Shown here piece after piece: positions 1 through 13,059 of a DNA stretch of 64,000 nt. The stretch lies in the NCBI GenBank assembly GCA_030390025.1, contig CM059432.1, positions 87,174,001 to 87,238,000 on the forward strand, given 5' to 3'. A program made the translations under genes and the position numbers. The first letter of the stretch is position 1. Each line of letters starts with the position of its first letter. Origin of the DNA: Squalus acanthias. Its lineage: Eukaryota. The notes beneath the pieces were generated by a model that had not been told where the DNA came from, made no database searches, and saw only the letters and a program-made list of their open reading frames with translations.

Positions 1-391
1 CTTGTTTTCAAATCCCTCCATGGCCTCGCACCTCCCTATCTCTGTAATCTCCTTCAGCCCCACAACCCCCTGAGATATCTGCGCTCCTCTAATTTTGCCC
101 TCTTGAGAATCCCTGATTATAATCACTCAACCATTGGTGGCCGTGCCTTCTGTTGCCTAGGCCCTAAGCTCTGAAATTCCCTGCCTAAACCTCTCCGTCT
201 CGCTACCTCTCTTTCCTCCTTTAAGACGTTCCTTAAAACCTACCTCTTTGACCAAGCTTTTGGTCACCTGCCCTAATTTCTCCTTATGTGGCTCGGTGTC
301 AAATTCTTTTCTTACAACACTCCTGTGAAGCACCTTGGAACGTTTTCCTACTTTAAAGGTGCTATATAAATACAAGTTGTTGTTGTTGTTG
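1..391 (+). mobile_element. L2-type LINE 3' end with (GTT)n tail
   Basis: Ends in aaaggtgctatataaatacaag(ttg)n; clearly homologous to 28757-29095. Confidence 0.75.
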
Positions 392-420
392 CTGCCCTGG
401 CAGCAGGCCACTCATGCCCA

Positions 421-1020
421 GTGACTCATCACATGCAGATCCCACCTATATTAGAATCGGAGTTGATCGCAAGCAGAGTGGAAGAATTTGGTGATAGTAG
501 GAATCGGTGGAGATGAGGAAGGCGGTTTCTCACGTCCAACTCACAAGGAGGACACTAAGTTAGGTATCTGGTGAGAGAGTATAAAGGGCACCCATGTTGA
601 TGGAATAGATGGCAGGTGAAGTAGAGATGACAGAAGCGATCTGTCAATGGTGAGAGAGTCCTTCCAATGAGGTGAGACTGGATGGAGGCTTTGCTGGAAA
701 CACTTGCAGCCTGCAGAATCTGTGCTGGAAATAGACTGAGCAACAGCTTCTGCCTGAGGAAAGTGATCATCTGTCAGGTGGGAGCTTTTACTGAACATTT
801 GATGCTGTGAAGTAGTCATCTGGAGCAATGGTCACAGAACCCCCGCCTCAGGTTGACAGACGTGGTTCCTGTGAATCCCGTGGCCATACAGGGAAATTTA
901 AAAAGTAAGTGAAAAAAGGCTCTTAAGTGCCTGTAAACTACCTGATAATGATTTCAATTGTGTCGCCTGCCGCTGCCGCTCGGGTTGGCTCCGCGATGAC
1001 AGGCGCGCCTGGGGGGCCGA
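421..1020. mobile_element. Non-autonomous Harbinger-family fragment
   Basis: 830-960 is the reverse complement of 25440-25600. 590-680 resembles 50165-50260 and, inverted, 41460-41540. Confidence 0.55.
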
Positions 1021-1290
1021 GATAGAGTGGATAGAAAGGACCTATTTCCCTTAGCAGCGAGGTCAGGAACCAGGGGGCATAGATTTAAAGGATTAGAGGG
1101 GAATTGAAGAGAACTTTTTCACCCAGAGGGTGGTGGGGATCTAGAACTCACTGTCTGAAAGGGTAGTAGAGGCAGAAACCCTCATCACATTTAAAAAGTA
1201 CTTGGATATGCATTTGAAATGCCATAACCTACAAGGCTACGGACCAAGAATTGGAAAGTGGAATTAGGCTGGATAATTGCAGTTCTTGGC
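1021..1290 (+). mobile_element. CR1 LINE 3' fragment
   Basis: Nearly the same sequence as 23128-23400. Confidence 0.8.
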
Positions 1291-2470
1291 TATCTGAAAG
1301 GAGAAAAGCACAAGGGTAGGGATGTGGTGAGGGGAGTGGGGAAAGCAAGAGGTGCATGCTTACACCATGTGCAGCTTGTAAATCAGAAGAGATTGTGGGA
1401 TGAGGGGGTAGTGGGATGTGAGAAGGAGGATTAGGTCTGAAGATACCATCACCTTTCATTGTTTCAGCCCCGCCACTGGCCACGGGCTCACTGGTGGCCA
1501 CTCCAATAATCTCCAGCACCGTCTCCTCCATGAGGGTAAGGTTATGCAGGCGCGCCTTTCTCCCTGTGTGTAGCCTCTGCTGCCTACGGTTGTGTGCCAC
1601 CTTGTCCTGCAAGAGAGAGGGAAGTGTGTCAGTGAGTGTGGTGCAATGTGTTTGGGTGATGTGCCTGTCATAGTTGATTAGCTGGCAGTGTGTGCAAGCT
1701 GTGAGATGTGGGTGTGAGGCTTGTAGCAGTGGTAAGTGTGTGCAGGTGAGGTGAAGCTATGACTGTGAGATATGAGTCGTGATTGAGAGAGATTGTTGTA
1801 GGTGAGTCGGGGGGTGGGGGGCGGTGGTGGTGGTGAATTGAACAGTGTCTCAGCCTAGTGGTACAGTTGTAACATTTGAGGATGAATTCACTGACCTTGA
1901 CCACTCGTGTGAGGTCATTAAACTTCTTGCGGCATTGCATCCAGGTCCTCGGGGCTACACTGTTGGCATTGACCGCGACGGCTATCTGATCCCATTGCCT
2001 TCTCAGAGTTTGTCTGGAGGACCTCCTGGCCCCTGTGGATACAGGACCTCTTTCCTCCTGTTGACCACCTGCACCAAGGCTTCTAGTGAACCTTGGCCAG
2101 AGAATCTTGGAGCCCGCTCTCTGCCCTGTTGCGCCATTACTCTGTGTTGTTCCTGCTCAAGACTCTGTTCCCCACCCAGTTGAATCACCTACTGCAGCCA
2201 GAGGGCACCTCCCCTTTAAGAGGTGCAGGCTACCTTTAAGCAGTGCAGGCACTAGCTTTAAGTGGTACTAGCCTTGCACAAACTTGGGAACCCTGCTGAG
2301 TTGGCAGCCACTCAGCAGCGTGTTCAGCGCTGGGCTGCTCACCACAATCATTATAATTAGCAGGCCGCACGAAGTTTGCATGCTACCTGCATTACCTTTG
2401 AACTGGCACGGGTTGATTGCACATCGCGATCCCTGCGCCTGTTTTCGGGGGCAATCAAATTTTTAGCCCC
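1291..2470 (-). mobile_element. PIF/Harbinger fragment with a decayed, spliced Myb/SANT-like gene and one terminus
   Basis: Exon 1 reads MAQQGRERAPRFS..LEALVQVVNRRKEVLYP...QCRKKFNDLTRVVK|gtcagt (frameshifted). Exon 2 reads DKVAHNRRQQR..GRKARLHNLTLMEETVLEIIG. Terminus ggggctaaaaat at 2470. Confidence 0.75.
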
Positions 2471-3547
2471 TTGTTTTTTACAGGGTGATTGCATATAAGT
2501 CTGTGAGTAAAGCAACACTTCCAGGTGATGGCTGGGGATGCAAAGGGCCCCATGCTGCCTCCTGGGCATTGGTGGTAAGCAATTCAAGCACTTTAACACA
2601 GTATAAGGAGGGAAGACAGCAGTCTTAGTACTGTGCATCCTTGAAATGTGTGGTTGACTCCTTTGACCTTGCCAGACTTGGTATGGCCATTAAATTCTTT
2701 CAGGCACTGAGTTGTCAAGCATGAGATCATAGAGTTGGCAGTGACTTCCCTAACCACGGTTGCCGTGCTCCTGTTGTTTGGGGCCAGTGCTGCTCAGAGC
2801 TAAGCAAGATGTCCTTTTACTGTCTAACTTTGATACAAGCACTTCCACATATTCTTAAGAAAACGTGGGGGCTATCTGCCCTGCAGCAGATCTCACAGAC
2901 ATTATTCACAATCCAAAATTACAATTTAACAGAAAATTCTCAGGTGCTCCCCACTTTAATTTGCTGTAGGCCTTTACATACTGCAAAAAGACACAAGTTC
3001 CCAACCCCGGCGAATGGCGAGCATGCAGTTAGAGGCATTATTGACGTTGGGATTTGTCACGATTATTAAAATTAAGCTGACTCCAGAAACTGTGGTAAAG
3101 TCGGCCCACTTGTTGTCGGATTGGCAAATGGTATCCTGCTATACTTCCATTCAAGTATTTGCTTGAGAAGATTTAGGCTTCACTGTCAAAGCTCACACAT
3201 GGAGGACAGTTATTCAGGGCAGGTTCTGCAAGGACAATGAAACCATACCCCACCAAGAAGAAGTCACAACTTTAAGAAAGATGGGAAAGAATACAATTAC
3301 TTTTCCCTTTGTCGAGCTTCTTGTGGCAAGTAAACATTGGAGAGAACCTACTGTCACGGACTAGTATACTATTACACATTTACAGACGTAACAGATAGAC
3401 CAAGTAAATCAAGTTATCACCACACTGTTTGCCATCTCTGATTTTCTCTTAACTATTCAATTGCCAAAACCAATGCACCCTCCCTATCTTACACAAGTGT
3501 TAACCACATCTCTACTGTGCATCAGCACACCTATCCCAATCTACACT

Positions 3548-4890
3548 ATTTTTTTGATATTAATTCTCGAATGTGGCTAGCAAGGTCGACATTTATTATC
3601 CATCCCTAGTTGTTCTTGAGAAGGTGATGGTGGGCTTTGTTCTTTAACCACTCCATTCCATGTGGTGAAGGTACTCTCACAGTACTGCTATGTAGGGAGT
3701 TCCAGGATTTTTACCCAGCAACGATGAAGGAACAGCGATATGTGTCCAGGATGGCGTGTGACTTGAAGGGGAATTTGGAGGTGGTGGTGTTCCCATGCAC
3801 CTGCTGCCCTTGTCCTTCTAGGTGGTAGAGGTCGTGGGTTTAGGAGGTGCTGCCGAAGAAGCCTTGGTGAGTTGCAGTGCATCATGTAGATGGTACACAC
3901 TGGTGGTGGTGGAAGTGCATGTTTATGGTGGTGGATGGGGTGCCAATCAAGTGGCCTGCTTTGTCCTGAATGGTGTCAAGTTTCCTGAGTGTTGTTGCAG
4001 CTGCACTCATCCAGGCAAATGGAGAGTATTCCATAGCATTGCTGACTTGTGCCTTGTAGATGGTGGAGAGGCTTTGAGGAGTCAGGAGGTGAGCCACTCG
4101 CCACAGAATACCCATCCTCTGACCTGCTCTAGTACTCACAGCATCAATGGTGACTTCCAACATGTTGATGGTGGGGAATTTGGTGATGGTAATGTCTTTG
4201 AATGCCAAGGAGAGGTTGTTGGGCTCTCACTTGTTGGAGACGGTCATTACCTGGCACTTGTGTGGCGCAAATGCTACTCGTCATTTATCAGCCCAGGCTG
4301 GACGTTGTCCTGGTCTTGCTACATGCGGCATGGACTACTTTATTATTTGAGGAATTACGAATGGAGTTGCCACTATGCAATCATCAATGAACAGCCTCAC
4401 TTCTGATGGAGGGAAGACCATGGATGAAGCTGCTGAGGATAGTTGGGTCTCGATGCTGCCCTGAGGAACTCCTGTAGCGATGTCCAAGGGCTGACATAAT
4501 TGGCCTCCAACAACCACAAGTATCTTCCTTTGTGCTAGCTACGACTCCACCCATCGGACAGTTTTCCCCTGATCCGCATTGACTTCAGTTTTACTAGGGC
4601 TCCTTAGTGCTACACTCGGTCGAATGCTACCTTGATGTCAAGGGCAGTCACACTCACCTCACCTCTGGAATTCAGCTCGTGTCCAGGTCTGAAGCTGAGT
4701 GATCCTGGTGGAATCCAAGCTGAGCATTAGTGAGTAGGTTATTGGTGAGTAAGTGGCGCTGGCTAGCACTGTTGACAACACCTTCCATCACTTTGATATT
4801 TGGGAGTAGACTGAGAGGGCAGTAATGAGCAGGGTTGGATTTGTCCTGCTTTTTGTGGACAGGACAAACCTGGGCAAATTTCCCCATTGC
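3548..4890 (-). mobile_element. CR1-group LINE (family B), 5'-truncated and degenerate RT
   Basis: RT-associated motifs PVHKKQDKSNPAHYCPLSLL, GVPQGS, FIDD. Same family as 29107-29732 and 31457-33505. Confidence 0.85.
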
Positions 4891-6752
4891 TCGCTACTAG
4901 GACAACACAGCTTAAAAAGTGTATCGGAGGCATCTGTCCAGCTGTTGATAAGTTTTACATTTCACCAGCTGGGAAACAGCTGTCAGCAAGTAAGTGCTGT
5001 TTGACATAAGTTTAATATGGTAATCTTTCATGCTGGTGATTCAAAAAAACAATTAAGCCAAATATTGGAAGTGCATATCAAATTAACTTTAGCTACACTG
5101 AATTTTCCAATTTGCTACGTAGTGTTTGGATTGGGAAGTGTAAAGCATACTGAGCCCAGGACTAAGCTTTTACTCTGGTGTTAGAAAGTCAGTGCGATGC
5201 AAATCAATTTTTATTACCATAAAGAATGCAGCACTAAAAATGCTATAGTGAAGCATATTGAGGGATCATGGATCAATCCAGATGAGTGGCATGCATATTA
5301 TTGAGCAATGCTAGATGTACAATATACTCAGGACATCAGTAATTCTCACTTTGGGCCTGGGTGGAAAACTGGCAATTGTGAATTGGCCACCTGTTACACG
5401 CACGTCTGATTTTCCTTTCCATTGACTTTGTGGTAAAGGAAAATCCCGGGCCGGGTGTATAACGGGCAGCCGAACCGCAAACGTCACTTTTCCACCTATG
5501 CCCAAAATTAAGATTACCCCACACATTATATAGTCCATAATTATAAACGCACCACCATCAAATGGAATGCACATGGAACAGTTATATGTAGGAAATAATA
5601 ACGGCACCAGAAAGGCTACGTTCCTCTTCAACCTTCACCGAGTTTAAAATGAATGGGACTTTCACGTCAAATTGCTCGGCATAACTAACTGCTTGAACAC
5701 AGCGATTTTAACTCCCTCCACTCAGCGAAAATGGGACTGTAGCAGAGTTAAAATCGAGGTGATTGACTTACTGGCCCATTCCTGCTCTGGTGCCATTTTA
5801 TCTTGGGCCTGCTGCCGAGTGGCCCATGTGGGAGCTTCATTAACATATGCAAATTGGGGTCCTATGACGTACTTAATACCCCGATGCAATTTAGAAGGCT
5901 TACAGGGTGGAGCGTGCGCTGTGGTTGCACCGCTCAGTAAAACTTGGCAGTAAGTCTAAAATTATTTTTGTGCTGTCAACTGGCAGTGCTCCTCTGAGCT
6001 CCACAAGAATAATATGGGATGCCGTTGCCATCCCAGGCTCCTCCACTCCAGGATTGCCCCCCCCCCCCCATCTTTCTGCCAACCGCTGTATCTGCCCGAT
6101 ACAGTACTGGCCTAAAGACAGCGAGCAACAGCGGGATGCTGTTTGGGGCCTGCAGCTCCCCAGCAACGTATTAGTGAGGCTGGGGCCTCCCGCTGGAGGG
6201 ATTGGGCGGGTGGCTGATGCACTCTGGAGGTTGATTGCTGCAAAGTTAAACATCTACCCCAAATTGGGGTGATCATCTACCATTCATAATACTTAACCTC
6301 GAGTTACTTTTTCATTCAAATATCTAGATGTTGACTTAAAACACTGCAGAGTATTTGAATATTGAAGGTGCTCTTTTGAAATACATTATACAATCCTGGA
6401 ATTTTTTTGTGTTGAAACTGGACTTTCCCCATTTCACTAAACTCAAGACAAACAGAATCATTCTAAAGGCACACCAATGCATTCCTGGAACTCGACATGA
6501 CTCACTGCTGTCGGCCTCGATTAACTCACATAACCCCTGTAACAGGGTGTAACTGGTGAGACTTTTTGATTGGAATAATGAATAAACTTTTATCATTGCT
6601 GACATCCACACAAAGACACTGAGGTGGTTTCCTCAGATATCGCTCTGATATATGTCAATAATAAGAAACGAATACCAGTAATGTGCTGGACAGTATCTGA
6701 ATTAACCACAAAGTTTACTGTAAACCAGGGATAGTTGAGTTTTTTTTAAATA

Positions 6753-7000
6753 CAGTAAACTCTTTCTTATCCGGCACCTACGGGACCAGGATGGTGCCGG
6801 TTGATGAAAAATTCTGGATAAGAGGTAGGCAATTTTTAACACAAACAAAAATAAAAACCACTGACTAACTCGGCCACCGCGGGAGACTCGGACTCGGCAA
6901 AACGAGTGCTGGATGGATTCGGCAAGATTACCGGTTATCTATTTTGCCGGTTATTAAAGAATTCCGGATGATTAAGTGCCGTTTAAACAAGAGTTTACTG
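6753..7000. mobile_element. Tc1/mariner (pogo/Tigger-like) MITE, 248 bp
   Basis: TIRs CAGTAAACTCT...AGAGTTTACTG with TA on both sides; related to 52778-53141. Confidence 0.8.
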
Positions 7001-7142
7001 TAAAATGACGTGACTAGGTTTTTAGGTCAACTTTTGGAAATATGATTTCCACCACTTTATAGAATATTTTATTTCCACACCATGAATGTCATAGGAGGTA
7101 AAATCAGAAATTGGAACTGTACTAGAAGGCTACAAGAAATAT

Positions 7143-7210
7143 TGAAATAAAAACTGCTGGAAAACACTCAGCAGGTCAGGCAGCATCTGTGGAGAGAGAA
7201 ACAGAGTTAA
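7143..7210. mobile_element. Penelope-type terminal-repeat fragment
   Basis: gctggaaaacactcagcaggtcaggcagcatctgtggagagagaaacagagttaa; same family as 52267-52508. Confidence 0.65.
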
Positions 7211-7211
7211 T

Positions 7212-7886
7212 GGCCCCGATTTTAACTGACCCACCTGGCCGAAACTGGGGGAGGGCAATGGGGGCAGTTAAAATAACGCGAGTCACTTACCCCCTCCGAT
7301 CCCGCTTCCCTTCCTGCCGTGTCCCTATATTAATTAACCTGCTCTTCTGAGCAGGCAAGCGGGGCACCCGCAGGAAGGAAGTGGAGTCCAGTTTGAAATT
7401 TGCCTATGTCATCAGGACCCGATCTGGAATTTCAGCTAGAGGCCTGAGGTTTGTTTCCTCTCTTTTCTTTATAAAATTTTTTGGGGATGGGGAGAGGCAG
7501 TGGAAACCAGGCCGGGTGAGCTTAGTTAAGAAGGAGCGAGTCAATTATCTGCACCTTTCCTGCTTGGCGGTAATTTTAAGGCCACTGTTTTTGGTGACAG
7601 ATGAGGCACCCGCCTAAACCAGGTGGGAGGCTCATACACGTGTGCAAGTCGGGGTCCTATTACATCAATAGGCCATTCTGGGCGGCACCTTGCCGGTGGG
7701 ATGTAAATGAGGCTTGTGAGCTAAAATAGCCCAAGTGTCAAACTAATGATGATAGGTGGTTGTGACGCTTGCCCCACCCTCCCCCCACCCAAAATCCACT
7801 CCTGGTTAAAAAACCCTTGTTGGGCGGGTTTGACGCTTGCTCCACCCCCGCCCACCTGAAACCTGCTCCCAGTTAAAATCTCTCCC
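7212..7886. mobile_element. Degenerate Harbinger-type MITE
   Basis: Ends ggccccgattttaactg / cagttaaaatctctccc, with a duplicated subterminal unit at 7762-7880. Confidence 0.5.
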
Positions 7887-9266
7887 TTTTGAGTACAGTT
7901 AAACTTCCATTTTCACCTTGATGCAAAGGCGTTTTTGCCATATGCACTGACACAACATGGGAAGTATAATTTGGCAGTCAGGTTGTGATTGAACACGTGA
8001 CTCCCGATTGCACTAAAAAAGATGCAAGACCATTTGTACTATGAGTACGAACACACTATGGGGGAGCTTTTTGTCCCACCCTGATTTGGGGTGCTATTGG
8101 GATAGTAGAGAATGCAAATCCAGTAGAACTACTTTCCACCCGATTTGCACTTGATCTCTGGGTCGGGGTTGTGGGGAGCGACTGAAGCTCTGGCCCAAAG
8201 CATGTGGAAGCCTCAGTAGCATATATAAAAGGGGAAGGGAGCAGTGCCATTTTCTGGCCTAAGGGACGTCAAAGTCTCAAAGTCGGGGACAAGGCCTTGC
8301 AAGCAGGAGGGCATTTAAAAGGCTCACACAATTTAAAGATAAGTGCATAAGGCTATGCAAAGGTCTCTATTGTAGATTTTCTTATTATTTCCAGTTGGAA
8401 CTTAGGCTTTCATAAGCCTGTGGCAGCTGCAGTTAGTTACTTATTTTGCCCCAACCTCCCTCTATTGGCACCAAAGGGTTTTCCATCAGGAATCCTTCGA
8501 GCTGACATGTTTGGAGGTAAAAGGGACCAGCAGAAGGATGCCAGGCAGGTCAGGCTGCCCGACAGGTTCTCTGGCCCAGCCACCTGCACCCCCCACCATA
8601 ACATCTACAGTGAGAGGTAGCATAACTCACTTTGGCAAATATAGTTGGAGGTTCCTCGTCCCAATGATGGCTGTGCCAGCCGATCCCTGGTGGCATCACA
8701 ATGGGATGTGAATGCCAGTCTAAACCATTATGCTAGTAGGTTCTTCTGAAGCAGCCCAATCACAGCAGGTTATGCTTTACATTGTATTGAATGAAAGGCG
8801 GCATGTCAGGGTACTCAGGAGCCAGTGTTGCCTGTTTACCCACACTTGCCAAGATGCCCCCCAACCATTTCCGTGGCCCTAGCAAATCCATCTGAGAATG
8901 AATGTGGTAACCTAGCTTCTCAGAGTCTAGATCAGGAAGATGCTACCATGCAGCAAATAACTTGCTCGTGTGCAGGGGCACCAAGAGTCAGCTGTGTGTG
9001 CATATGGTGGGCGAGGGGGGAGTCTTTATTCCTTCCTCCATGGCCCAGCCAACTCTGGGAAACCTGTATGGAAAAATAAAGGGAAAAAACTGCATCTTAC
9101 CATGTGTGATTTTGCAGTGGTACCAGTGTACTGCACTGTCAAAAGTCCAAAAGGACAGCATGAGAGGTCAGACCAGTTACCTTTTTAGGTTCAGTGCTGT
9201 CAGTCGCACCCACAAGTTGTCTGAGCAGCTTACTTTCTTAGTCGACACACACTATCCTACATCTAC

Positions 9267-9406
9267 AAAAGCAAAATACTGCGGATACTGGAAATCTGAA
9301 ATAAAAACAGAAAATGCTGGAAATACTCAGCAGGTCAGGCAGCATCTGTGGAGCGAGAAAGAGTTAACAAAACGTTAAAACTGTTTCTCTCTTCAACAGA
9401 TGCTGC
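9267..9406. mobile_element. Penelope-type palindromic insertion with the centre deleted
   Basis: Exact 15-bp TSD ctatcctacatctac (9252-9266 / 9407-9421). Inverted arms meet at gagttaacaaaacgttaa. Confidence 0.8.
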
Positions 9407-10944
9407 CTATCCTACATCTACTTGTATGATAGCAAAATCAGAAGTGTAACAATAGTACCCCTCTTGCAACCTGAACCAAATATTCGGATCTTTTGCACAG
9501 GAACTTCTTCTCTCTGAAGGTGAACCAAGCAATCAATCACTTGGTGAGACGGAGTTTGATACAATTTATTAAGGTGCTTTATTTCACTACGAGTAAACAT
9601 ACAGAGCAACAGTTATGATTAGATTCACTTGGTTTTATCAGTACAACTTGTCTTTACGTAATAATACAATTGTGAACACACTGTGATTCACCACATCACT
9701 GGGTCATCTGGCTTGAGTTAAACAAACTGATTTCTCACTACTCTCTCTTGCACTCCAACCTGCTGTAGCCTTTGCTACCTGACTGCCTCACAGCATTCGG
9801 TTTCAGAAACCTAAATGGCTGGATATATCTGTGTTTCGATATTTTCTTCTTGCACTGGCCACAGCCAGAAAACGGATCAAAGGCCTTCCGAAACAATGGG
9901 TGGGCGTTATTTTTCAATTGCCAAGGTAGTTAAAGTATTGCTTATTATTTACAGTCAATGGAGAAACAACGTAAACGCTAGCTCATTGGCATCTTAACTA
10001 CTTATCGTCTCTGTGCCCATTTAAAAAAGAATTTGGGATGGCAATTGGTTATGTCCCATTTTCGGGTTCCTAACTGATGGAATGTGTGCCCCACCAGATG
10101 GCCCAAAATTGGATCTCGGGCCTCATTTCACTAATTTAGGCGTATTGCCGATGTCTATCACGCCTCCAGAGGCAGCTCGCCTATTTGCAATAGTTGAATT
10201 TTGTGTCGCTTGCCTCCCGGCACTCGCCCTCAGATAAGTCCGGGTGTGGGTTGGGAGGGGCCAATTGGGAACCTATTGCAGGCTGGCAGCGGCCCTTAGG
10301 AGTGCTGTGGAGCCGGGAGGAGCAAACCCGCTCCTCCTGGGTCCGCATCAACCGTAAAAGAAAAACCCTACCTTTTTTGGTGGCAGCTGCTTGCTGGGCT
10401 ACATCCATGTCCAGAAAACCTGAGCCGTGCAGGCCCGATGTCTGCACCACTCAGGGCAGCCAAATTTCTGAGAGGGGACCTAAAACTGGTGTTAAGCCCC
10501 TCATTAACATATATAAGGGACCTGACTCCTTTTTAAGTGGCCGCCAGGAACATTGTCCGACCCCAAATTGAGGTATTTGAGGTGCACTTGTGGCGTGGGA
10601 GACAGCACTGTGAAATTGGTGCTTTTGGTCCCCTTTCTGCACCTGAAAAATTTGTGAATACACTATGCTTTGAAAACATTAAAAGTAACTCCTTTTCCAA
10701 ATCCTTTTTGAGCAAAATTGGTTAAAAGATCCTGAAAATGTGACGGTGATCAAGGAGCGAATATTTGAGTAACATGTAGCTGGCATTCAGATAACTGGCA
10801 CACACAGCGTGACTGTAGGAACAAATAATAGTTTTATTCTCAAGCAATTACAGTCAAGAAAACTGTACAGAACAAATAAAGGATCATAAGTTTACAAAGA
10901 ACAGAATTAAAGAATTCTGAATTTCAAAACACCAGAAAAAGACA

Positions 10945-12854
10945 AAGTGTTAGAATATATAACAATTTATTGACAACTGTCAAGTGTTGTCCACTTGGAG
11001 CATTGTTTGATAAATATAAAGCAGTGTATAGCATGTCATTTATTTTTAAAAAAGAAAAAAAGGATCCATGCTAAAATAGAGCTGTGTACATTTAGAAAAA
11101 TGCCAGCAGTTTCTGGCTCATGCTTCTTAAAAAAGCTCATGATTTTAATATAAGAAAATCCTTTTTTTTTTAAATTAAATTACTAAAGTGAACTTCATTT
11201 CAAAAAACATTCCCAACAACTCTTGATTTTTGTGCCAGACAAAAAAGTTTTACATAAGCTTTTATTACATTTGCACTGACCCAAAGACATATTTGTGAGT
11301 TAAATTTCCATTTGAAGCATGGTCAGATTTGCTGTACATTGGCGACAATTCGCTTTTTCTGTCTTTGTAATTTTCTTCTTCATTTCACACTGGTCACACA
11401 CACAGGATTCTGAAAACACCTCTGCAAAAAACACCAGCTATTACTGATCTGAAATCAGCCTGATTTCAGATAATAAATTATGCAGCATCTATACACTCCA
11501 CAAACAGTACCGTCTCCATGTTGCCAATTGAAATTGTGTACCGATGACAACATTTTGCACTAAACCATGCAAACTAACATACAGTTTACATTTAAATTCA
11601 GTACTTGTGGAATATGAAATCTTTCTTCAACACTTATATATAATTTTTTTAAGTTATCCAGCCCTTGCGTTTGAGATTAAAATAAATCTAGTCTAAAATT
11701 AACCACACCAAATACCCAACCTTTTGAAATAAACATGCCAACACAATAACATGAAGGGCGATACAAGGTAATGGTACAGAAATAATCTTTGACCACATTA
11801 ATTAGTGTCACTTAAAATAATTAAGACACAAAGATTCAACAAACATTCCAAAAAAAAATGTCCTTAGAGGCTAATATGCTTGAGGTAAACATTATCATTT
11901 CTGAAGACTTATAAAGGCATCAGCTTTGTTAACATTCAAATTACAATGCTCTACCTGAATGTATTCAACACAATAAAATTTACTTCACTTTAAAAAAAAA
12001 TTCTACATGCAAAAAAACCCCCATCTTAACTGGTGGTTTCTCAGTGTTGACAGATATGAAAATTTGGGTTACTGGTCACCAGCACTTCAGTAATCATATA
12101 AATTAAATGGAGGCTCCTAATTCGGTCACTGAAAGCAAAGGAAATGAACTCAGGTTGATCTAAATAAATGCTCTAAACATTAGACAAAAAAGTTTAATCG
12201 GTGACAGAAAATGTATAATTTTCATGCAAAAATGTGTGAACTTTTTCAAAATAATCTCCCAGAACACTGTACAAGATGTTAGGAGCAGCAGGTAATGGAA
12301 TAAGACTGGTTGAGTGATGCTGCTAATGTACTTCTTCTAACGAGATAGGAGAGACCACTGGAAATTGTATCCACAGCACAGAATCCTCCAACCACATTCC
12401 TCTGGCAGCCGTTCCCTTCTCCCAACTAAACGTCAAGACAGTAAAAAAGTAAGGCAGCTGTTAGCGTCCATCAACAAAAGTGCAGTCTGTACATTTCCAG
12501 TTAAGTCACACTCCACTAGAGCAGATGGGAGCAGCCATGCACTTCAGTGATTGGGCTGGTTCAGCAGATTTTTCCAACATGGCCACTTGCTTCAGTTTTC
12601 AGAGGATCCAGAGCCACAAATCATCACCAGGGCACACATCAGCCCCTGACTTAATTTCCATGTCTCATCTTTCCTGAGTCCCACACCAATTCCAAGCCTC
12701 TTTCCCTGTGTCTCAGCATGTCTGGTGTCAATAATAAGGCTGATGGCACAACTGTAGAGAACTGTGGGCTAACACCCTTAGTTTTCAGGACTTCACTGAA
12801 GGGTCAAAACAGTTAGATCATTAAATAACTATGTTGAATCACATTCAGGCACAG
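10945..12854 (-). other. JPH1: Putative terminal non-coding (3'UTR) exon of the junctophilin gene
   Basis: Acceptor ttttttcttgtctaactttag| at 12855-12856 defines a 109-nt intron (12855-12963). The downstream stretch is AT-rich and free of recognisable repeats. Minus-strand AATAAA at 10966-10971. The 3' end is inferred. Confidence 0.6.
10966..10971 (-). promoter_or_regulatory. Candidate polyadenylation signal AATAAA
   Basis: tttatt on the plus strand near the end of the repeat-free UTR-like block, followed on the minus strand by T/GT-rich sequence. Other AATAAA hexamers occur nearby. Confidence 0.4.
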
Positions 12855-12978
12855 CTAAAGTTAGACAAGAAAAAATGAACAGTTTAATGATGGTGATAAG
12901 AGGATAAAGTAGTTGCTGAAAATTTTATAGTGCAATCTTTGACAAAGAAAATTAAATTCTTACCTTGGCAAATTCTTG

Positions 12979-13059
12979 TCAAGTCAGGAAATGGACAAAA
13001 AGAATAGCTAAACCAATATTCAACAGCATAACCAGGATGACCAAGATTGTATTTGGACT
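12979..13059 (-). CDS. JPH1: Junctophilin last coding exon, C-terminal ER/SR transmembrane anchor (exon spans 12964-13059)
   Basis: ttacag|AGT CCA AAT... gives SPNTILVILVMLLNIGLAILFVHFLT-TGA, the typical junctophilin C-terminus. Phase 0 matches the upstream exon. Donor aag|gtaaga lies 15 nt after the stop. Too short to appear in the ORF track. Confidence 0.95.
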   Translation of the reverse strand, partial: SPNTILVILVMLLNIGLAILFVHFLT

